Assembly (NCBI RefSeq): GCF_009834535.1
Contig: NC_045696.1
Coordinates: 34,412,001 to 34,476,000, forward strand
Origin: Camelus ferus
Lineage: Eukaryota
DNA length: 64,000 nt
Direction of reading: 5' to 3'
Shown here piece by piece: positions 39,543 to 52,676 of this stretch. Positions within the stretch are counted from its first letter, which is position 1; every line of letters starts with the position of its first letter. The notes beneath the pieces are model-generated. The model saw only the letters and a program-made list of their open reading frames with translations, was not told where the DNA came from and searched no databases. The translations under genes and the position numbers were made by a program.

Positions 39543-42500
39543 CCTGGACCACAGTTACCAGTTCCTTGTGTATCCTTCCAGAGATATTCTGTGTACAAAA
39601 AAGCCCATATATTCATAAGTCCCAGGCAGAACTGCTTCAACCCTCTTATAAATAATCATGGCTTCTTTTTCAGACATTTACTAAGGCATGCATCACATAG
39701 TACACTTCAGGTTATAAGTACTGGCTTCATTCTCAGGCTTCATGTTGTGGCAGAGGCATGTTAAGAGATCCAAGCTTAATTACTCACATATGCCGAGTGG
39801 AAAAAATAAAATTAAAAAAAAGTCCCCTTTCTAGAAACTCCCTTGTTTTTGGTTTCACTTTTTCTTTGGATACATGTCCAGTACCAAATTAATCATTGTT
39901 ACCTACAGTGACTGCCAGGGAGTTATGAGTTTTATTATCAGGCAGGTTCCCAAAAGGAAATATATGGCAATTCAAATTAGGATAATTCAGAAAGAATTTA
40001 TCTACAAAAGGACTAATCACAAAGATGTAGTATGGGTAGGGGGAAATAATCAGTACTGCTAGGCATCCTGCCTGGGCATCATGGCCAGAGATGAGCCCGG
40101 ATATCAGATTCCCACATGACCTGGACACAGAGGCAGGTCTCGGTGATGGCAGCGCCACCTCAGCAGGCAGGGCAGCTCTAGAGCTGCAATTCTTCCTGCC
40201 CCTGCTGCCTCCTGTCTCCTCAGCGTCCAGGCTAGGAAACCAGCTGCCACGCAGAAACCACACCCAGGCCCTGTTTCCCACCTCGATGGCACCAATGGGC
40301 AACATCTTTACAGAACTCATAGTTTCAAGAAGTAAAGATTTCTTAAGAGTAACAATATTGTTCATCATGCCGAATCCTCCCTCAACTTCTGCTGAACTGA
40401 TACCAATTATGTTCAAAATTCTGCCTGAGCTTTTCCATATTTAATATCTCTATTCTCAATTCTCAGTAAAGGAGGTAAAGTTTTCAATAGTTTTCTTGAT
40501 CAACCTGAACTAATGAGATTATTTTAGAATGTATATTATTATATTTACTGCTTATAGTTTTTAATATTTTATTTACTGACTGATAGAGAAACATTTCAAT
40601 ATTTTTAATATTGAATATCCAACACATATGGCTGTTAACATCCCTACTATCATAAGAAAGAAAAGGTTTGGAAATTTTTTTTTAGCGACTATTATAACAT
40701 ACTTATCTCATCATAGCACAGTATTCATATAACCTGGTAGTGAGCTCTTTGCGAAATGTTTTGTGATACATTAATTTTTATATCCAGAGTGCCAACCACA
40801 ATGCTGAAACTAAATAAAAATTTGCTGAATAGGTGTAGGTCTCTTTTCCCCAACTACTGATAGACAATATACTCCTTGATGGCATGAGTTGCATCCTTTA
40901 TGCATTTGTATCACACACAGAACCTAACACACACTGCATTGCTTAAAAAATGTTTATTGATTGATGCTCAGAACTTAGGAAACAAATCAGGAGTTTCAGC
41001 CATTGTGTTCTCTGATATTTTGTCATTCCCTTCAGATAAGAGTTCAGATTTGTTCCGTGCTAAATCACAATAGGCACTATATAAATCATCATCATTTAAC
41101 TGTCATTTCTGAAATACCCAACACACTCTTTATAGTTTTTTATAATTTTCTCTCAAATACATGACTTTACTAGTATCAGTTCCAAGTACATGTATTAAAA
41201 TACATTCAAGAGATAATAATAGCCACTAGTACAGTAGTCACTGAAGTAAAAAAAAAAAGGGGGGGGGAGGGGGTAGAAGTAATTGAAGTTAGTGAATGAG
41301 AACTTGTTTTTTAAGTTATAAAAACCTAGCTTAAAAACCTTGGAGAAGAGAAACCATTTGGAAGTAGCACTTCAATATTCTCAGCTGGAAAAAAATGTTA
41401 AGTCAAATTACATGAGTAGTTCTCCTTTCTTGTCAAAGATAGACAGATTTCTCATAATTATCTTGGAGATGATTTGGGATGTTACTATCTTAACCTTACT
41501 CTATGCTTCAATTTGTATCTTGGCATTCTAGGATAATTTACTGTGTAAAAGAGAGGCAAACAAGATACTCTGCGGCATTAAGTAAATCCAACTAAATAAA
41601 ATAAAAATGGAAAGATACTCATCTTATTTAAAATCGTGACACCTTCGTACTTCATATAAAACCAGTGTGTATTAAGAATAAATATGTCTCAATCACCGCC
41701 TGTCTTAATCCAAGTTTATAAGTTAAGGGTTTTTTATTTTTCATATTTCAGTTGATAGCCTTGGTTAACCAGCAGACTGGAAGACCAGATTGCATTTGAG
41801 CAGAGCTCCAAATCATGGCTACATAACATCTGCCTTGTGTTTCAGTGCTGAACATTCTATAATATGATTAATTGAAGATGACAAACCAACTACCCGATTT
41901 CAACTGACAGCAATTAAGCACTCACACTATATTACTAGACTTCTGCTTTGTATACCAGCCCAACCAAGCCAATGGTGCCCAATAAATGTCAGTATTAATC
42001 ACTTGCTTTATTTATGATATTCAGTTCATCAGCTGGTACTTACTAAACCAACCAGATGCAAAGATGAACTTTATAAAGCTTAAGTAAAGGGGCCCAAAAG
42101 AGAGAATGCAGACTAAAGGTGAAAAAAGAGGAAGAAAAATAATTCTAATTTTGTATATTCACAAAAGAAAAATAGAATAAAATGGAAGCACATATATCAT
42201 GATCAAGTGAAATGCAGTTAGTTCCATTAGTTATACTTGCATAAAATAAAAGTAGCAGTCTAACGCCTTTCTATCGCTGGTAAAAAAAAAAATGTAAAGA
42301 GAGAGGAAAAAAGATGGTTATGCTTGAAATTGCTTAAACCTTGCCAGCTTAGCTTGGTTAACTAGTTATTATGCATTAACAGAAATGGAAGTTGTTAAAT
42401 CAAATATCTCATCACAAATATTAGATCTCTTTTAACCTTACAATAATTTTCACTGAGTTTTAACACCACCTAAGCTCATGATTTTTTTCCAAATAATTTA

Positions 42501-43189
42501 CCATGACATAAATTTTTATTCATGTTTAGATAAACAGCTATTGTTGCTCCAAATTTTGAGGTAGACTTTGTCTAATTCAATATTTTATTCCAGATTAAGA
42601 AAAAGAATTAAGTATCTAGGTTGAGATATTTACCAGATTATAAATAATTAACTAACTTGAGAAATAATTTTTTTAAATATTCTTTACATCTAGCATATAG
42701 CTGAAACTCAGCTTTCCAGTAACTTTCAAGTAAAGGTACAGAATTTCCAGACCCTTTATCTAGTTTCTGGTGATAACCACTTATACAAGACATTATTATA
42801 CCCAGTGTCACTATAGACTGAACTATTTGCCTTACTCAGGGAGAGGGAATGTTAGGCAAGAGAGAGATCATAAACATGTTCTTTCAAAATTTTCATCTCC
42901 AGCTTGCTAACATACTATCTGTTTTCCATTTTAACTGAAATACTGAGAGAGTACATCATTCCTCATTCATGCTGATTACACGTCATTTCCTCCCACATCA
43001 CTGTCCTTCAGTGGAATTAGAAACGTGGCATTAGACAATGACAGTACTGCAGATACTATAAAATAAAGACTGAGGTAAAAATAAAAATAATACTTTTTAC
43101 AGGGTTAGACCATTTTGTGATTTCTCTAAATCTGACCGTACTCTTAAAGGTAGATGTTGCTAGCCCCATACTCCGGTTGACAAATGTAA

Positions 43190-43385
43190 ATACTGAGTTT
43201 ATTAGGGGCAGGCACCTAAGGGATTTATATTTAATCTTCAACAATAATTTATGAGGTTTCATTTTCATTATCTTCACTTTGTAGATAATGAAGCTGAGTC
43301 TTTGAAAGCTGAAATGACTTTCCGGAGCTTGCACTAGTAAATGGGAGAGGCAGGCTTTAAATGAAGTTCTGTTCAACTCTAGCAC
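43190..43385 (-). mobile_element. MIR SINE
   Basis: 'attatcttcactttgtagataatgaagctgagtc...ctgaaatgactttcc...cactagtaaatgggagaggcagg'. Confidence 0.7.
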
Positions 43386-43420
43386 TTGTGGGTTTTATTC
43401 ACAATACTTGTTAGACTCTT

Positions 43421-44611
43421 GGCCAGGATAAATTTTTTTCTTGTGTCTTGTTTTCTTTTTTTTTCATTCAGTTTTCTTTTTTTAAATAACTATAAATTCA
43501 AGCTTAGGGAAGCTTGCCTTTGTCTTGAAACACAAAACAACAAAGCTTTTATTTCATTTGCTAACCTGATCTCGTTTTAAGAGAGATGGGAGTTATCTTG
43601 CAAGAGTTAAATTTATCCCATGAGTGATGCAAGTCTAACTCTGGTGGAACCAAAAGGAGACAACAGCATTGTTGACAAAATTAAAATCTGCTGGTAGCAT
43701 TTGTGGAAAAGAAGCCTTTGCAAGTTTCTAAACAACAGTAAACTGTGTTAGGAAATTCTGAAGTGTTTTATAGGCCACAAAGGGAGTGAAGAGAGTAAAA
43801 TGCCTCAAAAGAGTTTGAATACTGGATTTGAGAGTTACTGTAACTTGGATATGAAAAAGCAGGGTGTAGGTTGGATCATGCTTACAGTGGTCTCAACTTC
43901 AAACCAACTACCGTGACAATACACCACTTCACAGGCCACATGCTTTCCCAGCGCTCTTCTTTCCCTCAGTAGGTGCTGGGAGAAGGTGTGCTCGGTCGGT
44001 TTCTAGTGTAGATGCCTAGCCCCAGAGCCAAAACGTGAGTGAGGAAGAGAGATGGAATGAACACCTTAAGAAATTCTGTGGGGAAAATACCCACTTTCTT
44101 CATGGCTCCACTCTTCCTCATGCTTAAAGAGACAGAACCTTTAGGGTGCTGGAAGCGGAACCCCTTAGGTGCGGTGTTTTCAGGTCACCTGGACCCTTCG
44201 GACACCCAGTCTACACTTTTCTTCAAAGCCAACACTGCTCTCTCTTCTTCAACTTCTGACTGAATGCTGTGATCCCTGCTGGTGTTCATTTCCACATCAA
44301 ACATGATCTGCCCATCTTGTAGGGGAAGGGCTGTCACAGTGAGAAGTGCCTATTGAACTGCTCTGTCCAGATTCATGTTGTATATCCGAAAGAATCTTCT
44401 CTAAGTCTCCATTGTGGATAGAGCATGAGGAGGGTACATGTTCTAGCCCCCTGTTTTTTCCCATTGCCATTATCATTGCCATTGCTTCAGCGGGGAGCTC
44501 CACCCAAGAACTGTGGCCAGAGGCTGTTCACCTTCCTCGCAGGGTCGCGGCTGCTCTACTGAATGAAAAGACATTGTCCAGCGGCGGGAAGAGCTGAGGC
44601 CAGAGCACGAC
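43421..44611 (-). pseudogene. BNIP3L: Processed pseudogene of BNIP3L/NIX (mitophagy receptor); ATG at 44574, stop at 43966-43968, about 545 nt of 3'UTR
   Basis: Intronless. Translated pieces [90 protein letters not shown] match NIX; frameshifts and an in-frame stop. 14-bp TSD cttg(t/a)tagactctt at 43407-43420 and 44612-44625. Confidence 0.96.
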
Positions 44612-45065
44612 CTTGATAGACTCTTAGTAAACTGAAGCCCCAATCTCAGGAATAAACATGAGTTCTTACTGCTGTCACAGCCCCATCCTTCCATATCCAC
44701 CCCCCTCCCCATCGCCCCCACATGCACTCAGAGTCCTTCCTAAGTTTCAGCAACAAACAAAGGAAGAAGTACAGCATACTGAGTTTGTGCACGTGGCTGG
44801 GCTTCCTCTCCTATAGCAGGGGCTTCTGCGGCTAGTTTCACCGCGCCCATTGAACGTCAAGCAGTTTTCCCTATGATTTTCATTGTTGCAATTTAATTAT
44901 TTTCCCAATTGTAGCCGACTAACATGGAGGTGTCTCTTGAAAATAATAACCAAAGTCATTTGAGCAATGAAATGTGTGAATATGTAAATTTAATTTAATA
45001 TCAGAATTCCTCTCTTCTTTCTAAATATTTTTAAGATTTGGTTAAAGTTGGTGAATGCTTTAATG

Positions 45066-45192
45066 GTATTTTGGGGGGAGGGGAGGAAATTAGGTTTATT
45101 TATTTATTTTTAATGGAGTTACTGGGGTTTGAACCAGGACCTAGTGCATGCTAAGTATGCACTCTACCACTGAGCTATTACTCTCCCCCGCT
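45066..45192 (-). mobile_element. tRNA-Ala-derived SINE (camelid vic-1-like)
   Basis: Reverse strand 'tagctcagtggtagagtgcatacttagcatgcactaggtcctggttcaaacccc' plus (AAAT)n tail; perfect 12-bp TSD aatgctttaatg (45054-45065, 45193-45204). Confidence 0.88.
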
Positions 45193-45889
45193 AATGCTTT
45201 AATGTTTAAAGTTGCTTTCATTAATGGTTTTAATGCAAATATTGCTTATTATTTTCAAGATTTGGTTAAAGCTGCTTTGGTTATTAATTTCCAATAACCA
45301 CTCAGCAAAGAATCTGCCTGGATAAGTCTGGGACTGCTTAGGGAAACAGCGTCATTCAAAATATTCCTGGAATAAAGGGATTTAATGAAGATGCTAGAGT
45401 TGACATTGATGTTGGAAAAACTAAGGGAAAGGTCAGGAAAGTCAAAATTTAATCCAGTCCAGTTGCTGCCTAAAATTAAAGATGCAGACAGTGAAATACC
45501 TTAGCCTGAAGCCCCAAAGTAGGTGGTTCTCAAAGGCTTGCTTGGAAACTGTTGTAATTCTCAAAAATAGCTGAGAAAATTCCCAACAACTATTTCCAAG
45601 CGCACACAGAAGCTGCTGTCAATGTCTGAGCATTCACCTGGCTGCGGCCACCTTCAGAGTCATCAGCTCCCCTCTTCTGCCTCTCAGACCTCCTGGAAAT
45701 TCCTCCTGTTACCAAACTCTGAAGCCAGACTCTTTAGAGAAAGGGATTCTGGGAAATGTAGTTCCGAGCTTCCCCTTTACATGGCAGGAATTGGGAGCTC
45801 ATAGTGATGCCATATTGACAGCAAACAATCCAGCAGGACAGTCTGTTCTTGTCAACTCAGGATCAATACGCATGACATTGGCTTTGGGA

Positions 45890-47132
45890 CCAGTTGGCAC
45901 GCAGAGGCTGAAAAAGAGTGAGGAGACTATTAGTGAGCTCATTTTTAGTGGAAGCTGGAAAGGAAGGGATGAAACCAATTTAGAGACTAGAAAGAGGGCA
46001 ACCCACATTTAATAGCAGCAAAACAATTTGTAAAAGTGTGGTCTCTAGTAACTCGAAAGAGAAAATGTGTCTGATGAACTTGTGGATCTGGCCAAGAGGA
46101 TTTAAAGGCAGAATGTTTAAAGTGCCAGCTGACAGATTTTTAGGTGTGTATAATAATAAAGAACAGAAAGAGAGGAATTAAAATTTGCAAGCAAAATTTA
46201 GAAGAAATATATAAGAACCAGGAATTGTAGATAGGAAGACAAAGCTATTTCACATCACTGATCTGTCCCCGTAGCAAAAGATTCTCAAAGTAAAAATGGC
46301 CTCAGGGTAAAGAATAGATCAAGGGTATGGCTATAAAATCCTTTTACTAAGACTTCAGAAAGGTTTAAGCAAGTGCCCAGCTAGACAAAATGGCTTATCT
46401 TAAGAGTGCCATCCCTCAGCCCCAACATTCTGTGCAAAGTGGAAGTCTGTCTTGAAAAATTATTCATGTGGCATCTTTGGGCATATAGTGACTTCCAATT
46501 AGATTCCCAGGGAAATATAATGTTTTTAAGAGAATTCTTGTAATTTGGGCCCAAGGGTAAAGAGACTGATCCAAATGGTAGAATTCTCTATAGGCAGAAA
46601 GCAGGCTGGAAAGTTTACTTAGCTGTAAATCCAGACCATTTCTCATTGAAAAGAAGAGATCTCTCTGAGAGCAGAGTCAAGAGCCCAGAGAGGGGATTCA
46701 AGAACCACAGAGTAGAGTGGATTTGGAAACCAAACTAGGGAGCAGAAGTGGTTCAAATGAAGGTGCATTTCTAATCCTCAGAGCAGAGCACTCTGACATG
46801 TGTCCGGGTGGATTTCAGATCAGTGGCCACTATGCACTTCCTGTTTCCTCATCTTTTTGAAAGAGGATGTCTATTGCAATTCTCCTGTCCTGACTAACTA
46901 TTAGTTATTCACCATTAGATACAGAGAGCTTGTCTTTTTAGTTCACAGGTCTCTGAATCAAGAGGCACTGCAGCCTCGAGGAGCCTCATCTGTTTCTTGA
47001 CCTTCTACAGAACATGAGATTTTGGACTTAAAGACTGGCACCATGATTGGAGGAGTTTTGACGGGCCAGTTAAGAAGGTGAATGTATCTTTGAGTATGAG
47101 AGAAACAAGAATTTTTGGATCTAGCAGACAAA
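45890..47132 (+). mobile_element. MaLR internal region (MLT1-int-like)
   Basis: 'atgaacttgtggatctggccaagaggattt.aaggcagaatgtt', 'gcttgtctttttagttcacaggtct', terminal 'ggtgaatgtatctttg...gcagacaaac'. Confidence 0.7.
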
Positions 47133-47979
47133 CTAAGGAAAAGGTAACCTACAGGCTGAGAATGAGACTAGGCGAGACATCCTGTGAATCACAGGTACAT
47201 CACCTAAATGGGATATGGGCAGAGTTGGAGCAAGACATGGTGGGAAGGGGTGGGCATTCAATGCCAAAAAGAAAGTTGAGTTGACAGAGTTGACAAATCT
47301 GAGCAGAGTATATCAAGAACCAGAATTCAAAAACTTAGAGATCAAATCCAGTGGGCAGTGATAAAGAAATATAGAAAAGAAAATGTATACACATACACAG
47401 AGAATTGAGCAATGTCTTGTTGGCATTAGAAGTGCTGTAAAGCCTTTGTAGCCACAAAGCCACAGGCTCTGGTAAGCAGGTCTTCACTGGTCTGAAAGAG
47501 TTAGAGCATTTCTTAACATTTCCATACCCCAGCCCTGGAATCACTTCTTAAATGTGAAACTCTGCAATCCCAGGCTTTGAAAGTAACTGCAATCTCTCCT
47601 TTTTTCATCTCTGCACGTCACCTGTGCCTACATTACACCTGCTCCTTAAACTCATCAAGACCTCGAATTACTAAACCCTGGCCTGTTTCCTCATAGAATT
47701 GCCCTCTCTGGCCTGGTTTTTCTGAAACTAGCATTGATCCAGCATCACCACCACTGTCTTCTCTTGGCCTTTGACCCCAGTTTGTATCTCAATTCCTGAT
47801 CCGATCCTGATTCAATTTAATTATCTATTTCTCTGAGATATAGAATCTGTGTTTTGGGGGCTGATGGAGAATAACACTTCTTAAGGTTCTGATTTCAGCT
47901 ACATCCTTAAGAGTGCTCTGTAATCTTTGGGCTGATGCCTTCTCCCTAGAGTGGCGGTACCACTCTCCTCAGGCCATAT

Positions 47980-48560
47980 CACTCTGCCTGCACACCCTAC
48001 TCTGCCAAAACACAGATCTTATCCTTTCACTTACCTTCTTAAACATTTTTGAAATACTCTGATTGCCTGTGAAATAAAATCCAGTGTCCTTATCATAACA
48101 TGCCAGCCCCTTCATTGTCTTCCTCAGTTAACTTTCATCCCTTACTTCTGGCCTTGGTGCTGATATGCCTTTGTGGTATCCACGTTGACTTATTTCACAT
48201 GTCTGAATGCATCCTGCATTTTTATGCCTCTTTACTCATGCTTTTCCATCAATCTTGGGGAAGTTTTCACTGTTTTAACACGGTCTGCTTAGCACTCCCT
48301 CATCAGTATTTCTAGGACACTTTATACATACCTCTACAGTGTCCTTATTGCATTGTATTATTGTACGATAACTAAATATTTGGCATTTCATTACTATGCT
48401 AGTTTCTTAAAGACAAGAACAGTGTGGGGCTTTTTTTTCTGTTTTGTTTTGAATAGGGGTAGGTTTGATTGCTTGTTTGTTTGTTTGTTGGTATTTTTTA
48501 TGCCTACCAGGTTAATTAGCCCATAAATAGCACTCAATAAATAGTTCTTAAAGGAATAAG
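47980..48560 (+). mobile_element. L2 3' fragment
   Basis: 'ttgcctgtgaaataaaatccagtgtcctta...tagcactcaataaatagtt'. Confidence 0.65.
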
Positions 48561-48854
48561 TGGGAGCAAAGAAATATAATACAAGCAAAAGAAAAGACTC
48601 AGAGTTGGAAAGGCAGTTAAAAAATTGAAAACTGTGAACATATCCCTACACATTTTACACATTTGTACAATTTACACATTCAGACATGGTCCCTGTCTTA
48701 AACATTCCCAGCAAGAAATAAGCAATTTGATCTATTGGATATTTGCCTCCATTTGAACATACTTCTTACTCTATAACAATCTTTATTTCACAGAAGAAGT
48801 ACTTCATAGATCTCATGACATGAATAAAGTTAGTAATAAATTACTCACAGACAG

Positions 48855-49060
48855 TAAAATGGTGATTGAAAGAATGGGTTTGTTCCAACAATCATTTGTG
48901 ATGTTTCATTGCAAAGACGTTCATTAAACCTCTATACCTCAATTTTCATATCCATGAAGTGGGAAATAATAGCTGTACTTACCTCATAAGATAGCAGTAA
49001 GGATTAAATGGGTTAACATATACGAAGCACTAGCATAGTCCTTGCAGAAGTAAACAGAAA
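48855..49060 (+). mobile_element. MIR SINE
   Basis: 'aacctctatacctcaattttcatatccatgaagtgggaaataatag...acctcataag...aggattaaatg'. Confidence 0.75.
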
Positions 49061-50809
49061 AGATAAACACTATTCTAATTGGTGCAGCCAAGCTCTAGGT
49101 TCTCATGAGGTCTTGACAGAATTGAATTTTGCTTTCTTGACTCTCTACAGTATTATTATTAAAACTATTTGTGTATAACCCCCCAGGTTATTTACAATAA
49201 AAAAATAAATTAAGCTATGCCCCTATGAGCTTACAGTTTAACTTGAATAAGAACAATATAGTTGAACATCAAGATTAAACAGCCCCCTGAATATAAATCA
49301 ACATTAGATTTTTAAAAACTCCATGTAAGCGGAGAAGTAAAATGCATGATGTGGCTACATCAATACAGCGGTAAATACCATCCTGAATAAAGCCTGGGGA
49401 AATTTTCTCTCTTTGTTATTGTCAGGAAGGCTATATATAATTAATGGGACAACAGGCTCTACTTAAAGAGTAGGCGTTTTTCCCAGTGAAGACATTCAAA
49501 ATACAGAATGCATTTTGGGGAGAAATGTGTGTGACACGGACCTATGTCCAGTAGCCCAGAGGTTGTCCTCAGCACCATGAGGACTCACAGTGGGAACTTA
49601 AGATACAAAGGAATTAGAAAGAATCTGATTGGAAGTGTGTCTGAATTTATGAAGGCAGATGGTTTATTGAAATTCTAAGTGGCAAAGAAAATAAGACAAA
49701 AAGAAAAACCCAACTGTGATTACCTACATTTGTTTTCCTATTTTGTTTTCTATATACACAATTATCAGAAGATTAATTAACTTTCTAAATTTAATAATCG
49801 GAAGATTTCTTGTAAAATGCAATAGAATTTATATGATACATTTTGGTTCTTTTCTTCCTTAGCATTAAGTACCATTTAATTGAGCCTAATTTAAATGCTA
49901 CAGGGTGTGACACTTAGAGAAATCAGTTGAATTATCAAACAATTCACCTTCTAATTTTAAGCTGGTCCATTTTCCTACAGAATTGTATTATGGAAACACG
50001 CATAACTATTTCCAGACAGTTTTCTTGTTTAATACTCTATTCAAAATATAATTTCAGGATTATCTCTTGAAGAGGCTCTTGTACCAAAACTGTTTATTAG
50101 GCAAATTAAAGTAGAAAGTTATTTTTTGCCTATACTATGGAAGATGTCAGCACTTTAGAATCAATTCTCATAATACTAAATAAACACTTTTGCAAACTAA
50201 TTAACCAATTATGAAAAGATTTAGGTTTTGTATTGAATGTATAGTGCAGATTTTATGATGAAAGAATGTCGGCGGATTGGAAGCAAGGTAGAGATTAATT
50301 AACCTAAGATGTTTCTGATGTCTAGTTGGCTTTGGAATAAGCACTTCACCTGTAACCATTGACCCCCACAGATGTCTCCAGGGACAATAACCAAAGACTG
50401 TGAGGTTCACTGACACTGAAGTGCATACTAGGGGTTTTCATGATAGTCCTGGTGGTGCAGATAGACGAGACAGCCCGTGACCCAGCCCTGAGCTAGGAAG
50501 TATGGTGATACGGGATAACTCTCATCTAACAGGACGGAAAGAGTGGGGACAATGTGGGGGAATAGGGTTAACAGGTCTAGAGCAGGGGATTCAAGAGCTG
50601 CATGAAGTCAGGTTTAAGAACGGAGAAACATCAGAAGCTAGAGTAAGATCAGTTATTTGAGAAACTCAGGAAATAAGAATGTGAGAAAGAGAGTTGCTGA
50701 GAAAGTTGTATAGCAGAAATGTCAGCGCTGCTCTCAGTAGAGAGGAACTCACAGGTGCTGTAGCAGTGAAAGGATCAGACCGACAGCTGGGGCACAACCA
50801 CGCTGATTA

Positions 50810-50994
50810 CCACCGAGAAACCTGGCTCCCTGGGCCAGCAGCATCAGCATCACGTGGGATCTGTTAGAAACGCAGATCTGAGGGCCCTGCCTCGGACTTA
50901 CTGCATCTCAAACTCCAGAGGGTGGGACCCAGTGATCTATGTTTTAACAAGCCCTCCTGGTGACTCTAAGGCAAACTAAGTTCCAGAACTACTG
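50810..50994. mobile_element. MER5A MITE
   Basis: 'ccagcagcatcagcatcacgtgggatctgttagaaacgcaga...gttttaacaagccctcctggtgactct'. Confidence 0.85.
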
Positions 50995-52597
50995 GCTTAG
51001 AATTTCTATGGAGACTTCAGCCTCCATTCTTTATCTGGAGTTGTCTTAGTTGCCCTTTACAAACAGGCAAGTGTTGCTATATAACTTACAGCTATAACGC
51101 CTTTTCAACTACATACCGGACGACTGTTTATCTTATGAGTAGCAGATATTCGGATTTCTTCCACCATTCAATTTGCTTAGGAGCAAGCTATCAGCACCTG
51201 CCTTCAAAGAATGTGAGAAAATAAAAGTTAAATTTAGTAGAATATTAAATATGCTGCATTCCTAGTTTTTATAATATATATAAAAATATATACATAATCT
51301 TATTATATGTATATATGTATACACACGTACACACACACTTCATAGAAAGCACTTGATATAAAAATATCAAGTATTTAAAATTATTGTACTATCAGTTCCA
51401 ACAAATGAAACATAACCACTTAACATAAAAATAATTTAAGGAATAAGGAGATATAATAATAGTTAGAGCTAAAAATAAAGTTTCAGTGTTCCATCTTTTC
51501 TCTATCTCCTTTCTAATGATATAGGTAGCTGCAAAAGAATTATTAAAGGCGAGAAGAGCTGATGCGAAAAAAAGCTATTTATAAAAACGATTAACCTTAT
51601 TTCATTACACTGTATTTGCTCTTATTTGAACTTGCAAGTAGGTAAGAGCATGGACTGAAGTAAAAATTATAAGCCATGTTTGGGGGGTTCGCTTTCAAAA
51701 GTAAGTTTACATGGTCATTACAATGGTGACTGGTAAAGAACAATTTCCATTTCGGGGTGCCTGCTATTACGAGCTCTCCTTACTGGCAAGGTAACCTTGT
51801 TCAGTGGGTTATTTGGTCATGGGTGTCATGGTAATAATGGGCAGTGTTGTGTGGTTGTGTGGTTTCAACTGATTTTATGTCGTCTTTTTAAAGCAAATTA
51901 ACTTATTATATCCACAAGACTACTAAACACTGACATTTTCTAATTTCATAAAATGATCATGGAATGTTAGAGATATACTAAGACATATTTTATTTGTGTT
52001 TATTTTTATTTGTAGAACCTTTATATCCTGATATAAAATACATTAAATGTTCCTTTAGTCTCCAAAAGCTCAGTGATAATATTCTCAATGTAACTTTGAA
52101 TTAAGTTCAAAATTGCTTATGATTTTGAATATGGCCTTTAAAATGATACTTTCATTTTTAAATTTTTATACAATTTTTAAAGGTTACCTTCCATTTCAGT
52201 TAAAATAATATTTTCCTGTATTACACAGTATAATGCACAAGTGTGTACTAATGAGTGTGTACTAAGTATATACATGTGCTTTTTAAACTTTTTCTACCAT
52301 AGACAAAAACATAGCCAGAATTAATATAGATTTTAAATGCAATTTTATAACAGTAGAGATTTTACTGAGTGATAGGTTCATTTACTCATAAAAATTGATT
52401 TATTTGAGCCCTTTTGGAAGAAATGTTTAAAGTTATTGTTTGTTACTGTTCTCGTTGCATTTCTTAAATTAAATGAAAAGAAAAAGAAAATCTGCAATCT
52501 GAACTCCATTTTTTAAATCCATAGAATATTCTAGGAAAACATACATGTACACTTAAAAAAATTATTCTGAAAGGAAAAGAAAATATTTGAAGCCTTC

Positions 52598-52627
52598 TCT
52601 GAACTATTTTCCCCTCCTTTGTTACAG
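52598..52627 (+). other. HTR1F: Splice acceptor of the HTR1F coding exon (branch point, pyrimidine tract, AG)
   Basis: 'tctgaactattttcccctcctttgttacag|G', 49 nt before the ATG; consistent with non-coding upstream exons. Confidence 0.7.
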
Positions 52628-52676
52628 GTATCCATTTTTTCAGCTATATTAATCTTTTAAAATAAAATTAAAAAAA

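Noticed and set aside
40296..40310. 'MGNIF' resembling the ARF1/ARF3 N-terminus
   Set aside because: Similarity ends after five codons (TELIVSR follows); likely chance.
52622..52633. AG|GT recursive splice site at the HTR1F acceptor
   Set aside because: The reconstituted donor (GTATCC) is weak and this is the terminal exon with no evident downstream acceptor.
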